Assembly: GCF_032444005.1 (NCBI RefSeq)
Contig: NC_091289.1
Coordinates: 15,500,001 to 15,564,000, forward strand
Origin: Ranitomeya imitator
Taxonomy: Eukaryota
Direction of reading: 5' to 3'
DNA: 64,000 nt
Shown: positions 14,930-25,983 of the stretch, piece by piece
Layout: each line of letters opens with the position of its first letter
Position numbering within the stretch: position 1 is the stretch's first letter
Position numbers and translations under genes: made by a program
The notes under the pieces: generated by a model
What the model was told of the DNA's origin: nothing
The model's input: only the letters and a program-made list of their open reading frames with translations
The model's database searches: none

Positions 14930-17560
14930 CCTAATTAAAATTATTTTTAATGTCTAAAGGAGGATGATCTTTTTTAATTTTTCTACCTTTTTATTTTTTG
15001 TTTTATTTTTACTTCTGTAAAATATTTTTTGGGGGGTCATAAAATTTTGCCCTTTTATTTTTTTTAATATTTTTAATTTATTTTGTCTTTAATTGTAGTT
15101 AAAAAAAATGTTTTAACCCCTTCATGACCGGGGGATTTTTCGTTTTTACGTGTTCGTTTTTCGCTCCCCTCCTTCCCAGAGCCATAACTTTTTTATTTTT
15201 CCGTCAATTTGGCCATGTGAGGGCTTATTTTTTGCGGGACGAGTTGTACTTTTGAACGACATCATTGGTTTTAGCATGTCGTGTACTAGAAAACGGGAAA
15301 AAAATTCCAAGTGCGGTGAAATTGCAAAAAAAGTGCAATCCCACACTTGTTTTTTGTTTGGCTTTTTTGCTAGGTTCACTAAATGCTAAAACTGACCTGC
15401 CATTATGATTCTCCAGGTCATTACAAGTTCATAGACACCAAACATGACTAGGTTATTTTTTATCTAAGTGGTGAAAAAAAATTCCAAACTTTGCTAAAAA
15501 AAAAAAGTAAAAAAATTGCGCCATATTCCGATACTCGTAGCGTCTCCATTTTTCATGATCTGGGGTCGGTTGAGGGCTTATTTTTTGCGTGCCGAGATGA
15601 CGTTTTTAATAATAGCATTTCGGTGCAGATACGTTCTTTTGATCGCCCATTATTGCATTTTAATGCAATGTCGCGGCGACCAAAAAAACGTAATTCTGGC
15701 GTTTCGAATTTTTTTCCCGCTACGCTGTTTAGCGATCAGGTTAATACTTTTTTTTAATTGATAGATCGGGCGATTCTGAGCGCGGCGATACCAAATATGC
15801 GTAGATTTGATATTTTTTTTATTGATTTATTTTGATTGGGGCGAAAGGGGGGTGATTTAAACTTTTATGTTTTTTTTATTTTTTTCACATTTTTTTAAAC
15901 TTTTTTTTTTAACTTTTGCCATGCTTCAATAGCCTCCATGAGAGGCTAGAAGCAGGCATAGCACAATCGGCTCTGCTACATAGCAGCGATCTGCTGATCG
16001 CTGCTATGTAGCAGAATTGCACGTGTGCTGTGAGCGCCGACCACAGGGTGGCGCTCACAGCGACAGGCAATCAGTAACCATAGAGGTCTCAAGGACCTCT
16101 ATGGTTACCATCCAGACGCATCGCCGACCCCCGATCATGTGACGGGGGTCGGCGATGACGTCATTTCCGGCCGCCCGGCCGGAAGCGGTAGTTAAATGCC
16201 GCTGTCTGCGTTTGACAGCGGCATTTAACTAGTTAATAGGTGCGGGCAGATCGCGATTCTGCCCGCGCCTATTACGGGCACATGTCAGCTGTTCAAAACA
16301 GCTGACATGTCCCGGCTTTGGTGCGGGCTCACCGCGGAGCCCTGCATCAAAGCAGGGGAGCCGGCATCGGACGGTATAGTACGTCTGATGCCGGTAAGGG
16401 GTTAAGGATTTTTTTTCTGTTTTTTATTTTTTTGTTTTATCTTTAATCTTGTTTTATATTTTCAAATGTCTAAAAGAGGTTCATAAAAATACTTTTTATT
16501 TTTTTTTGTTCTTTTTAATTTTATTTTTATTTTACCTTTTTAGTGCTAAGTAAAATTATTGTTAATGTCTAAAGGAGAGTGATAAATTATAATTTTTTTA
16601 TCTTTTGATTTTTTGCTGTATCTGTATTCAGCCAAATATTTTTTGCGTCATAAATTATTATTTTTTTGCTTTATTTTTTTATTTTATGTTTTCTTCCTTT
16701 TTGGTTCTAGGTAAACATTTTGATGTCTAAAGGAGGGTCATGAAATCCTTTTTACCTTTTTGTAACTTTTCAGTTTTGTTTTACTTTTTGTGCTCTAATT
16801 AAAATTACTCTTAATGTCTCCCTAGTCATACATGTTTTTTTTTTCTTTTTCTTTTTTGCTTTATCTGTTTTGCACTTCATAAATTATTTTCTTTTTTTCA
16901 TATTTCCATTTTATTCTTTCATTTTTTAGTTCTAGTTCAAATATATTTTAATGTCTAAAGAAGAGTCATAAATTATTATTTTTTTATCTTTTTTTTGAGG
17001 GTCGTAAATTTATTTATTTTTTTCTATTTTAATTTCATTTTCTTCTTTCCTTATTTTTAGGTAAAACCTATTTTAATGTCTAAAGGAGGATCATGAAATA
17101 TTTTTTTTAAATTTTATTTTGCTTTTTTAGTTCTAATTAAAAATATTTTTAATGTCTAAAGAAGGAAGATAATTTTATTTTCTCTCTTTTTCCTTTTTGT
17201 TTTATCTTTAACTATACAAAATATTTTGTGAGGGTCATACATTATTTCCTTTTTTATTTTTTTTCCTATTTTAGTTTTATTTTTTCTATAGTTCTAGCTA
17301 AAAAAATATTTTAATGTCTATAGGAAGGTTAAAAAACTTTTCTTTTTTGTACTTTTTAAACTTTTTTTTTTAGTTTGCGTTCTAAATAAAATTATATTTA
17401 AAGTCTAAAGAAATGTGAATTTTTTTTCATTTTTTATTTTATTTTTTTCAACTCTAAAAATTTTTTTAGGGTCATAAATTCTTTTTATTTTTTTCTATTT
17501 TAATTTTATTTTTTCTTTAGTTCTGCTATTAGTTTTATCATTTTATTTTAATTACTATCT
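14930..17560 (+). repeat. Degenerate T-rich tandem repeat, interrupted by the 15117-16401 insertion
   Basis: AATGTCTAAAG(G/A)AG-like motif recurs near 14950, 16465, 16563, 16721, 16950, 17075, 17151, 17312 and 17401, separated by T-rich tracts. Confidence 0.6.
15117..16401. mobile_element. Non-autonomous piggyBac-like DNA transposon (TTAA target site)
   Basis: TTAA|CCCCTT at 15113-15122 and AAGGGG|TTAA at 16396-16405. There is an internal direct repeat (GAGGGCTTATTTTTTGCG) and a cluster of hairpins, with no transposase ORF. Confidence 0.8.
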
Positions 17561-18524
17561 TATGTTTTCACTTTGAATTAAAAAGGACAATTAAAAATGA
17601 TCTAAGTTTTGCGCTTATGGGATAAAGTGTCACATGAAATTCTTGGATTAAGATATTTTATGTATATAAAAGATAGATTTGTTTATTTTCCTGCAAAGAA
17701 AGTTGAAAAGCGTCTCCAGACGTCCAGTGGGAACAAGTTTTCATTAAGTCGCATCCGTTTTGCTGATAAAAGGCAGCAGATTTTCTGTACAGGGAAAACT
17801 TGTGTGATCACAGCCTAATAAAGACAATGTAAGATGACTTGTGACCCCAGCATTGTTTAACATTGAGGGAAATTTTATTTTTTTTCCTTTTATTAAGTCA
17901 CCTATCACAAAATTGATAGTGGGGGTCTGTCAGATGGGGGGGGGCACTGTTATAATAGGTCTGCAGTGTGCATGCCTGAACCCCCGCTCTGCAAAAAGCA
18001 AAACGTAGACCCCTACAGAATGAGTGGAGCAGCGGACTGGCGTACACACTAAAGTGCCCCCTTATGCTCTCGGACCCCCACAATCTTGTAGGTAGGTGAT
18101 GACCCCTTTAAATCACTGCATTTATGTCCTCCACCTCCAGAGCAGTGTGAATGCTGGACATGTATAACATTACGTGTGGTCTCGTTCACCTTCTGATATT
18201 TATTCATTTACAAGGTGGCAGCCCCTGCGATGGTTCTACCAAGAGGGTCCTGGCTTGGGGTGGAAATGGCACTTAATGGTAAAAATTCAGTTTCTAAATA
18301 GCACTTGATAGGAGGGTCTTGCGTCCCGGCGTAGACTGCTATATGTAGCCACGGGACCACTGGTGTTGGTTTTATAGCCGTAGTGAAACTACAGCTCCCA
18401 GCACGCCATGTTGGCTCGTGCTCGGAGAAGGCCATTGCCCTCCTATCTCTGCTACGACTGTCTGCACTTTCCTGAGCGAAGAGAGTCCGATCGCTTGCAG
18501 TCTGTCCCTTTAGAATAGATGGGT

Positions 18525-18574
18525 CAGACTGGCCTACCGCCTCAATGCATTAACCTAACGATCCCTGTGTGGCC

Positions 18575-18615
<41 letters not shown>

Positions 18616-18900
18616 TAACTGGTTCATGCAGCTTTACATGAACACCCAAGCCTTACACTATGGCTGGTCCGAATAACTATAGCAATTGTTACCATCCGCC
18701 TCTCGTGTCTCCCCTTTTCCTCATAGTTTGTAAGCTTGCGAGCAGCAGGGCCCTCACTCCTCTTGATATCTGTTTTGAACTGTATTTCTGTTATGCTGTA
18801 ATGTCTATTGTATGTACAAGTCCCCTCTATAATTTGTAAAGCGCTGCGGAATATGTTGGCGCTATATAAATAAAAATTATTATTATTATTATTATTTATT
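18525..18900 (+). mobile_element. 3' fragment of an L2-type LINE
   Basis: Ends TGTAAAGCGCTGCGGAATATGTTGGCGCTATATAAATAAAAA followed by a (TAT)n tail, matching the L2 3' end recalled from amphibians and fish. The 5' boundary is approximate. Confidence 0.75.
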
Positions 18901-18996
18901 TCTATTCATATTTTTTTTTAACTATTTTAGGGTCGTGTTCAGAACTGTAGTAATTCCCTTAGCAGAAAATTATCTATTTAAAAAAAAAAATTTGCC

Positions 18997-19231
18997 ATGG
19001 ATAACAAAAGCCGTCAATTGGTCACTAACGGGCGAGAAGAAGACGAGGAGTCTAGAGACGGCAGTGTTCAGCAATGTCTCCGAGTTCTAGTAACAAAGAA
19101 AAGGAAGTTAATCCTCCACCTGGACTTGAATAACACGATTCTGGTGTCGGACGCAGCCACAGGTCAGGGTCCCAGAACCGCGCTAAACTCCTATCTGAGC
19201 ACTGTTTCCTGGGGACGGATCAATGACGCTG
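18997..19231 (+). CDS. Uncharacterised HAD-like protein (si:dkey-32e6.3-like), coding exon 1
   Basis: Kozak GCCATGG; MDNKSRQ...KRKLILHLDLNNTILVSD...WGRINDA; donor G|GTAAGT at 19231/19232 (phase 1); upstream acceptor at 18930. Confidence 0.9.
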
Positions 19232-19306
19232 GTAAGTACCTTCCAATCCGGGAACAAGGGGCCCCAGATCCCACCGCTGCCGCCTAATAATACGTTTTCA
19301 TTTCAG

Positions 19307-19692
19307 GCGAGTGGCAGTGGGTCAGTGATCAACCCTCGGCGAAGCCTCCATGCGAAGACGCCGTCAACTACTACAGCCACTTTGGTCGCGACGGTAGCTT
19401 TAGCGACAGTAATATCGGACAACGCTTCAGAGGGGTCTTCGATGATCACATGAAGCTGTTGGAGTGGCGGGGGGAAGCTGACGAGAGGTTTGCACAACAG
19501 GGCGAAGATGGAAAGGACTATCACTGGATCCTCCCTTCCTTCTTCCACATGCTAGAGAGCCTGCACCTACAAGGGAGGCAGTTCTGCGTCATATTGCGAA
19601 CCTTTGGCGTCGACCTTCCTCACGTGTTACAGTCCGTCCACGCGGCTCTCCAGGGGAAACACCCACTGTTCCCTCAGCTGCAGCAAGTGCAG
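19307..19692 (+). CDS. Uncharacterised HAD-like protein, coding exon 2
   Basis: 75-nt intron with acceptor TTTCAG|. Open frame GEWQWVSDQP...HWILPSFF...VILRTFGVDL...QQVQ; donor CAG|GTAAAT (phase 0). Confidence 0.9.
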
Positions 19693-20839
19693 GTAAATTT
19701 AGGTTTTTTTCTGTTTCCTAATCTGATGCTTGAAATGGGACACCACAGAGAAATGATCTCGTTTTAAAAATAAAAATGGATCAATATCTGTCCATGGGTT
19801 TTGTCTGATATTGCAGTTCGGCTTCATTTATCACAATCAGTATGAGCTGCAAGTCTATGGACTGATGGGCTGCTATTTCTTGATTCTGGACGGGGGTCAG
19901 TGACCGGCTTCCATGCTCAGTTGTCTTGTTTCTGGATTCCATGGTAGAGGCAACTCTCTACAGCAGCTTTCATGTTGGCTTTAATGCGGGAACGTTCGGG
20001 GTACAACCTCCAGTACACCTATCGACCCACTGCGGTACCCAGCTCTATTCTATGTCCATGTCAGCATGTTAATGGGGTTGAGCTGTAGTACCAGGTTTAG
20101 CCACAAAGTCATGGATGGCGCTATGTTTAGCAGCTGCTTCGTTCACTTACTTCATTGGTTTTGGGGTGGTACATTTCATTGAACCTCCAGCTCTATGGTA
20201 AGAATGCAACCAAAACAATTCCTCCAACAATAAACTATGATCCTCTTCAAATCAAATAACACAATAGAGCAAATGAAGTAGCAACACGATCATAAATTAT
20301 ATAAAAAATATACATGTCTATAATACTGCGGATCTGTTAGAGACACTATATATATATATATACTGGCAATGTATGTTACTTAAATCTATAGATTCTACCA
20401 GCAGACAAGTCTATATGAGCATTATGATATGTGTCGATGGCAGGTTATACAGGTCATAGATCTCTATATATTTTGTCTCTTGATTGTCCATGATTATTGG
20501 GGAAGGGTACTCCGTGTTAATGGTTATACGTGATATTATTCTTGAGAGATTTATTAATCTATTTGATTGCTTATCTATAATGTTATATTTTATATATAAT
20601 TTTTGATCGTGTTGCTACTTCATTTGCTCTATTGGGCTATGGTAAGAATGGCCCACTACTACTGCCATTATGTTTATGCTGCCCTGGTTGACAGCTGCTT
20701 AAAGGGCCACTCTGGTGCCTCTCTCCTTCACATTACGAGGTGACTAATGATGGACCATTGTGCATTGCCTGCACGCGTCCCGGCAGGTGTTTCTTGTTGG
20801 GACTTCTCACCTTCTGATGCGGAAGTGACAACTTTTTAA

Positions 20840-21122
20840 AATTATATGTTCAGTAGGAACTTGCGGAACAACTCCGCCCTGCCGTAAGGATAAATTCCAG
20901 GAAATTACCAAGGATTCAGAGTGGTTTATTCAACACGTTTCGGGGTTCCTATGCCCCCTTCGTCAGGAAATACCACATATGATGTGTGGTATTTCCTGAC
21001 GAAGAGGGCATAGGAACCTCAAAAAGCGTTGAATAAACCACTCTGAATCCTTGGTAATTTCCTGGAATTTATCCTTACGGCGGCGCAGAGTTGTTCCACA
21101 AATTCCTACTGAACATATAATT
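20840..21122. repeat. 283-bp near-perfect palindrome, probably inverted Penelope-like element termini
   Basis: AATTATATGTTCAGTAGG at 20840 is the reverse complement of CCTACTGAACATATAATT ending at 21122. The arms pair almost to the centre near 20981 with a few substitutions. Confidence 0.9.
20921..20976 (-). ncRNA. Candidate minimal type I hammerhead ribozyme
   Basis: Minus strand reads GTGGTATTTC-CTGACGA-A-GGGG-GCATAGGAA-CCCC-GAAAC-GT-GTT-GAATAAACCAC. This gives the CUGANGA and GAAA core boxes, a 4-bp stem II, a minimal stem III with a GUU site, and an interrupted stem I. Confidence 0.55.
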
Positions 21123-21815
21123 ACAGCATATCAGGTCGTAGATCGACCTGTGGATCTGCAGCAGCTGCTATTCTTACATGCTTGTATCCCATCTTTACCA
21201 GGTGAGCAACTCTCTTGGTGTATCTACTCTGGTAACGTGGATAAGACCCTATTGCACTTTTTTGTCTTCCCCTTTTCTATACAACTTTTTCAAATAGCAA
21301 ACCTGGTTCATTCTTTGGGTCACTTTTTTTATTTTGTCATCCCACCACTGATTGACGGGTTCTCGTCTTTACGTGCGGAGAATCATCAGTCATTGTTGGG
21401 GCGGCAGCTCCTGAGTACGGAGGACTGACTGCACAGACGGGACCAAGCACCGGGCTGTCACTGCAGATGATAAATGGAGATTTTATAGAAAAGCACTGCA
21501 AGGTCAGTAGTGTCCCAGTGCTGGAATCGGAGTGTCCGCCACTACTTATTTCTGCCATCAGATATACTGGGATAAGCCTGGAGACAGATTCACACTTGTA
21601 GCATCCCCGGGGTGGACTCAGCAGCTTACCGAGGACGGATTTAATATAAAACTAATTGGTAGCAGTATAAACCTCTACAGCGTGGCCGCACTAATCTGCA
21701 CCGTGCGTCCATCGCTGGTAATTAGCTGTCACTCTCCTGCTCCTTCATCTATGGAGATATCGGGACCCTGAATCTGCAGCCGCTTCTCTCTCATGTTATA
21801 ATCTTGTATTCCCAG

Positions 21816-21976
21816 CTGACTACAGACCTCACTCCTGGAAGAATCCGCTGCAGCAAGAGGGACGTTGTACTGACCCACGGGGTCGATCGCATCTCCACCA
21901 GAACCAAGGAGAGGAATATCTACCAGTATTTCAGCAGCATGGAAGGGATCGGGGGCTTTCAGGACCACTTTGATTG
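21816..21976 (+). CDS. Uncharacterised HAD-like protein, coding exon 3
   Basis: Acceptor TTCCCAG|; LTTDLTPGRIRC...MEGIGGFQDHFDW; donor TG|GTAAGA (phase 2). Confidence 0.88.
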
Positions 21977-22714
21977 GTAAGAGGTAACAAATATGAGAGG
22001 AGGGATGAATACGACTACATGTTGGGGGGTCTGCACCTCCTTCCAGCAGTGGTCATGGAGGAGAATGCCAGCCTGTCTCCTTGTGCTCGGTTGGGGCTTT
22101 ATGTTGCTTTTTACTAAGCTTCTGGCATTGCGTTGCGATTTTCCACATGCAACCTGCAATCTAGAGAGACTGTAAAACAAAGTCACAAATGTTTCCAGCT
22201 TTGTTGGAAATATTTATATGCAATTTATCTTTTGTAGAGCTCTAAAGTGGCGAGTTGCACAAATGTTTTTGTCTGAAAACTGCAGTATAGCCCCAGCCTT
22301 GGAGTTGGTAAGGGCCATTATATTTGGTGGAGCAAATAGATCAAAGGAGTTTAGCACACCTCGGGAGAGGGACCCCCGTCTCACAAAGTTGTGGTAAGTC
22401 AGTATGATACGTCACTACTTTATGATCGATGGCGGTCCGATCTCTGGGAATCAAGGGACTGCAGCACCTCATCTGCACAGCAGATTTCCCGGTCACCGCA
22501 GCCATCTATACGTTGGGCTGTGCTGGGATCCCTGCGCAGCATCTGACTGTGAAGAGGCATCCGCACCGTGTCCTCTGCACTCTAATCGGGCCCCACCAAT
22601 CATTAGACAGTACTGTACCTTTCCTAAGTACATAGATGGGTCCACGTGTTGCTTTTTAATTACAGCCATGAGTTAAATGTTAGTAAAACCTCTAATATAT
22701 ATATTTTTTTCCAG

Positions 22715-22847
22715 GTGGGCAAGAAATAATTTTGCAGCCTCCGGTGGAAAGCCGTTCTGGATCGACCCGACTGACTGTTCCACCCAGCACATCATCATCG
22801 ATGACAACATCCGGCTGAGTGAACACGATGCCATTGTTAATTGCCGG
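22715..22847 (+). CDS. Uncharacterised HAD-like protein, coding exon 4
   Basis: Acceptor TTTTTTCCAG|; WARNNFAASGGKPFWIDP...HIIIDDNIRL...NCR; donor CGG|GTATGT (phase 0). Confidence 0.9.
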
Positions 22848-23928
22848 GTATGTCTGTAGAAGGATAGCATATAATTGTCGATTTCCTCTAAATCAAAGCC
22901 AAATTGCTACAAGATTCCTGGAAATCTCTGTATAGTATCATTAATCTTTAGTAGAAAGTTCGGCCTTCCTGTCACATTTCACGCTCACTGCGCTCAGGGT
23001 ATGGGGAAAGATAATCCTCTGCGTGGTAACAAGATATCCCTGGGAAGGGGGTTGTCTCCTGTCAGATATTACACACATATTACTAGGATTTGTCACTGAT
23101 CTCTGACACTGAGCCCCCATGATTGGAAAGTTCAGCTTTTTTTTGTGATAAAGTGTTTTCTCGTGCAGCGGATTTGTAGCTGCGACTCCATTTCATACAT
23201 CTGAATGGGAACGTTTCTGCAAATGCGTGGATTTCTCCAAGCCCCTTTTAGATGAATGAGACTTTTGCAGTAAATCTGCTGTTGTGATAAGACCTTAAAT
23301 GTAGTTTTGCAAGGTGGCCGGTTAAAGTGATGATTGCCAATAGATGGGCGAGGTCTGCCATACGCGAGATCTGCCCAGCAGCTAGACTTCCACACACCTG
23401 ACTAGAGTGTAAAGAAATATGTTGGTCTGATGAGACCGCATCTTTATCTCTCTCCCCTTTATAAAGCACTATTACACCATAGGGAGGGTACAGGTGTATG
23501 ACGTGGGCTCAGGATCCTTTCTACAAGGGGCATGTGCCGGCTGTGTTACACAGCTACCACCTGGCTCTAACAGCAGCGATCAGAGCTAGCGCCAGTCTCT
23601 GATAATGGCATGGAAGTGACGCAATCCTGGTGGGGCGACCGTCGTCTAGGTGCACATTCCTCTTGGCATGATGTGATCACTGGTTGCAATGCTATCTCTT
23701 GTCCTGCCAAAGTCTCCTCTTGCTGCCATCTTGGTGCTGCCGAAAAACTTCAGTCGCCCCTCCCCCTTTTCCCATCTAAGAATACATTACAAGTTTTGGA
23801 CGAGGGGAAGGAAAAAATAAAAATTGTGCATGGAGGAAGGGGGTTAATCTTTTTGCTGAAGTTTGATCTTTGGCTTCTTCTTCTTACTCCTTACTGAGAT
23901 GGGAGTACTTTCTTTTTGTCTGCACCAG

Positions 23929-24111
23929 GTGCTTTTGGCTAAGGAGAAGGGGAAGGAGTCCAGGACGGCGCTGACCTCAGAGCTGTACGACATCTGCTTG
24001 GTGCAGACGGATCTCCTCCGCGCCATCGCTCAGAAGGATTATTTCCTGGACTGTATCAGACTCTGCGAGGACAACTATGAACGATATCTGCGAAGCTTTC
24101 AGGTGGAATAG
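23929..24111 (+). CDS. Uncharacterised HAD-like protein, final coding exon
   Basis: Acceptor GCACCAG|; VLLAKEKG...LVQTDLLRAI...YERYLRSFQVE then TAG. Exons sum to 235+386+161+133+183 = 1098 nt = 365 aa plus stop. A candidate AATAAA lies at 25243-25248. Confidence 0.88.
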   Translation: MLLAKEKGKESRTALTSELYDICLVQTDLLRAIAQKDYFLDCIRLCEDNYERYLRSFQVE

Positions 24112-24592
24112 AGTGAAGATTTGCTGATAGAGCGATAACTGGGGACCAGTAAGGTGGAGGAATCACTTGCACTCACTAAATCATCCTCCGTGTGTCTGCA
24201 CATGTATCCGGAGCTCACGTACCTGCACGGGAAGCAATCAGGGCGCCACTTAGTAAGTGCAAGTGAATTCATGTAGTCATTTTGCTGACATTAGTATCTT
24301 GAAGGGCTCTAAGGGTCATGGTTAAAGGGGTCCCTCCTACTGCTTAGACCGTGAAGTTTTATCTTGTTCATGTCCTATCAACAGGACAGGTAGTAACCTC
24401 TAGATCGGTGGGGATCTGACTTCTGAGACCCCCATTGATCGCTAGAACAGGGCTCTACCCAACCACCGCCCCGTTCAGTCTTCAAGGGGACTGCCGGAGA
24501 CAGCCGAGTGCAGCACTATAAGGAATGTAGAGAGCGACGGTTTAGCACTTGCATTGCCGACTGCAATAGAGATTTAATTTGTTACAAATTAA

Positions 24593-24970
24593 AGGGTCTG
24601 TCCGCTAGTATTGATATTAATGACCAATCCTTAGCATAGGTCATCAATATCAGATCGGTGGGTGTCCGGTACCAGTCACCCCCATCAATATGCTGTAATG
24701 ACCTCAAGCAGCGGCCGGATGTAAACAGTGGACGTAGCAGAACAGCGCAGCGCCGGTCCCCGTGGAGTGGTCGTCCTCTGGTACTGCAGCTCAGTTCCTG
24801 TTGTCAGTACACAGTGGACGGATCTGCGCTGTTCTGCTGCTGCGCTGTTTTGCTGCTGCACTGTTTTGCTGCTGCGCTGTTCTACCGCCGCTTCACTGTT
24901 CTTCTGCTGCGCTGTTTATAGCCGGACCCCCACCCATCTGATGTAGGATAGGTCATCAGTAGACAACCCT
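24593..24970. mobile_element. T2/Kolobok-type MITE
   Basis: TTAA|AGGGTCTGTC ... AGACAACCCT|TTAG termini, with internal inverted segments (ATCAGATCGGTGGGTGTCCGG and CCGGACCCCCACCCATCTGAT). Confidence 0.65.
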
Positions 24971-25364
24971 TTAGTCTAGGACTTGTCCTGTTTCTCAGGA
25001 GCTTTTGCTTTTACATTATTACGCAATTTTGTATTGTCTTTCGGTTTGGATTTCAGGGGTATTATACTATTTTTTTTTTGTAGTTTTTATTTTGCAACGC
25101 TGTCACGTAAATGAAGCAACTTGTGTTTCCAATCTACGACCTGGGACTCATACGCCGGACCTACTAGTGATTGACAGCTGTCTATGCTTGCGCCGTCAGA
25201 CAGACTGTCAATCACTGGTTAGTCCCACCCACTGGACTCATTAATAAAACACCCAAGGATTTCTTTCAATAAAACGAAAGTTTTACTGAAACTTTTCCAC
25301 AAGAATCCATAACATCTGGCCTGCAGATCAGAGGCCATTTTCGACATAACAGGTTCCCTATTAA

Positions 25365-25414
25365 AGGGGTCTTCTGGCCTAAAGGCATCAATATCTTTAG
25401 GCCTGACAACCCCT
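25365..25414. mobile_element. 50-bp minimal T2/Kolobok-type MITE
   Basis: TTAA|AGGGGT...ACCCCT|TTAA with internal inverted repeat GGCCTAAAG/CTTTAGGCC. Confidence 0.6.
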
Positions 25415-25983
25415 TTAACTCTATGCAGGGGATGTGGAGCTATATACTGGAAAACCACTAGGTCCATATATTAATAAATTATTTGTACAGAATTTGGTCC
25501 AAAAAAGTGACCATGGATAAGAAGGTGGAGATTATTTATAAGGAGGGTACGAGGGTCTCAGGCTGTGTATATAATATATGTTTGTCAATAAAGAATTACC
25601 ATATTTGTGTATCGGAGGTCTCTGCTGTTTTCTGGCTGCTTCGTCCAGCAGAGCTTTGGGGGCGCTCACAAGTCCTGGTTCTTCTCCCGTCCTCACCTCT
25701 GATCATGACACCACAGTCTCCTCACTACAGGGAAGGAGCTCAGGAATCTGCAGAATTGTGTAAGTAAGCCGTGATCTGACCATTATGGGGACTTGCATTT
25801 TTTAATGCTGTGACGTTACAGAAGTAGCGACATTGCACCCTATCGTACCCAAAGTGCCTCCGCTCTGCACTTGCAACCAACATGGCTGCCTGACATTGTC
25901 TTCCAATTAAACGGCCATCTGCAGATAATGAATGCACCATCTAGATAGTCATTACATAGTGAATAGGGTTATTATTGCACAAA

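Larger units (their letters stand above)
19693..21815 (+). other. Intron of the HAD-like gene containing two fold-back insertions (20207-20636 and 20840-21122)
   Basis: GT at 19693 and AG at 21814-21815; reading phase is consistent across the junction. Confidence 0.8.
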
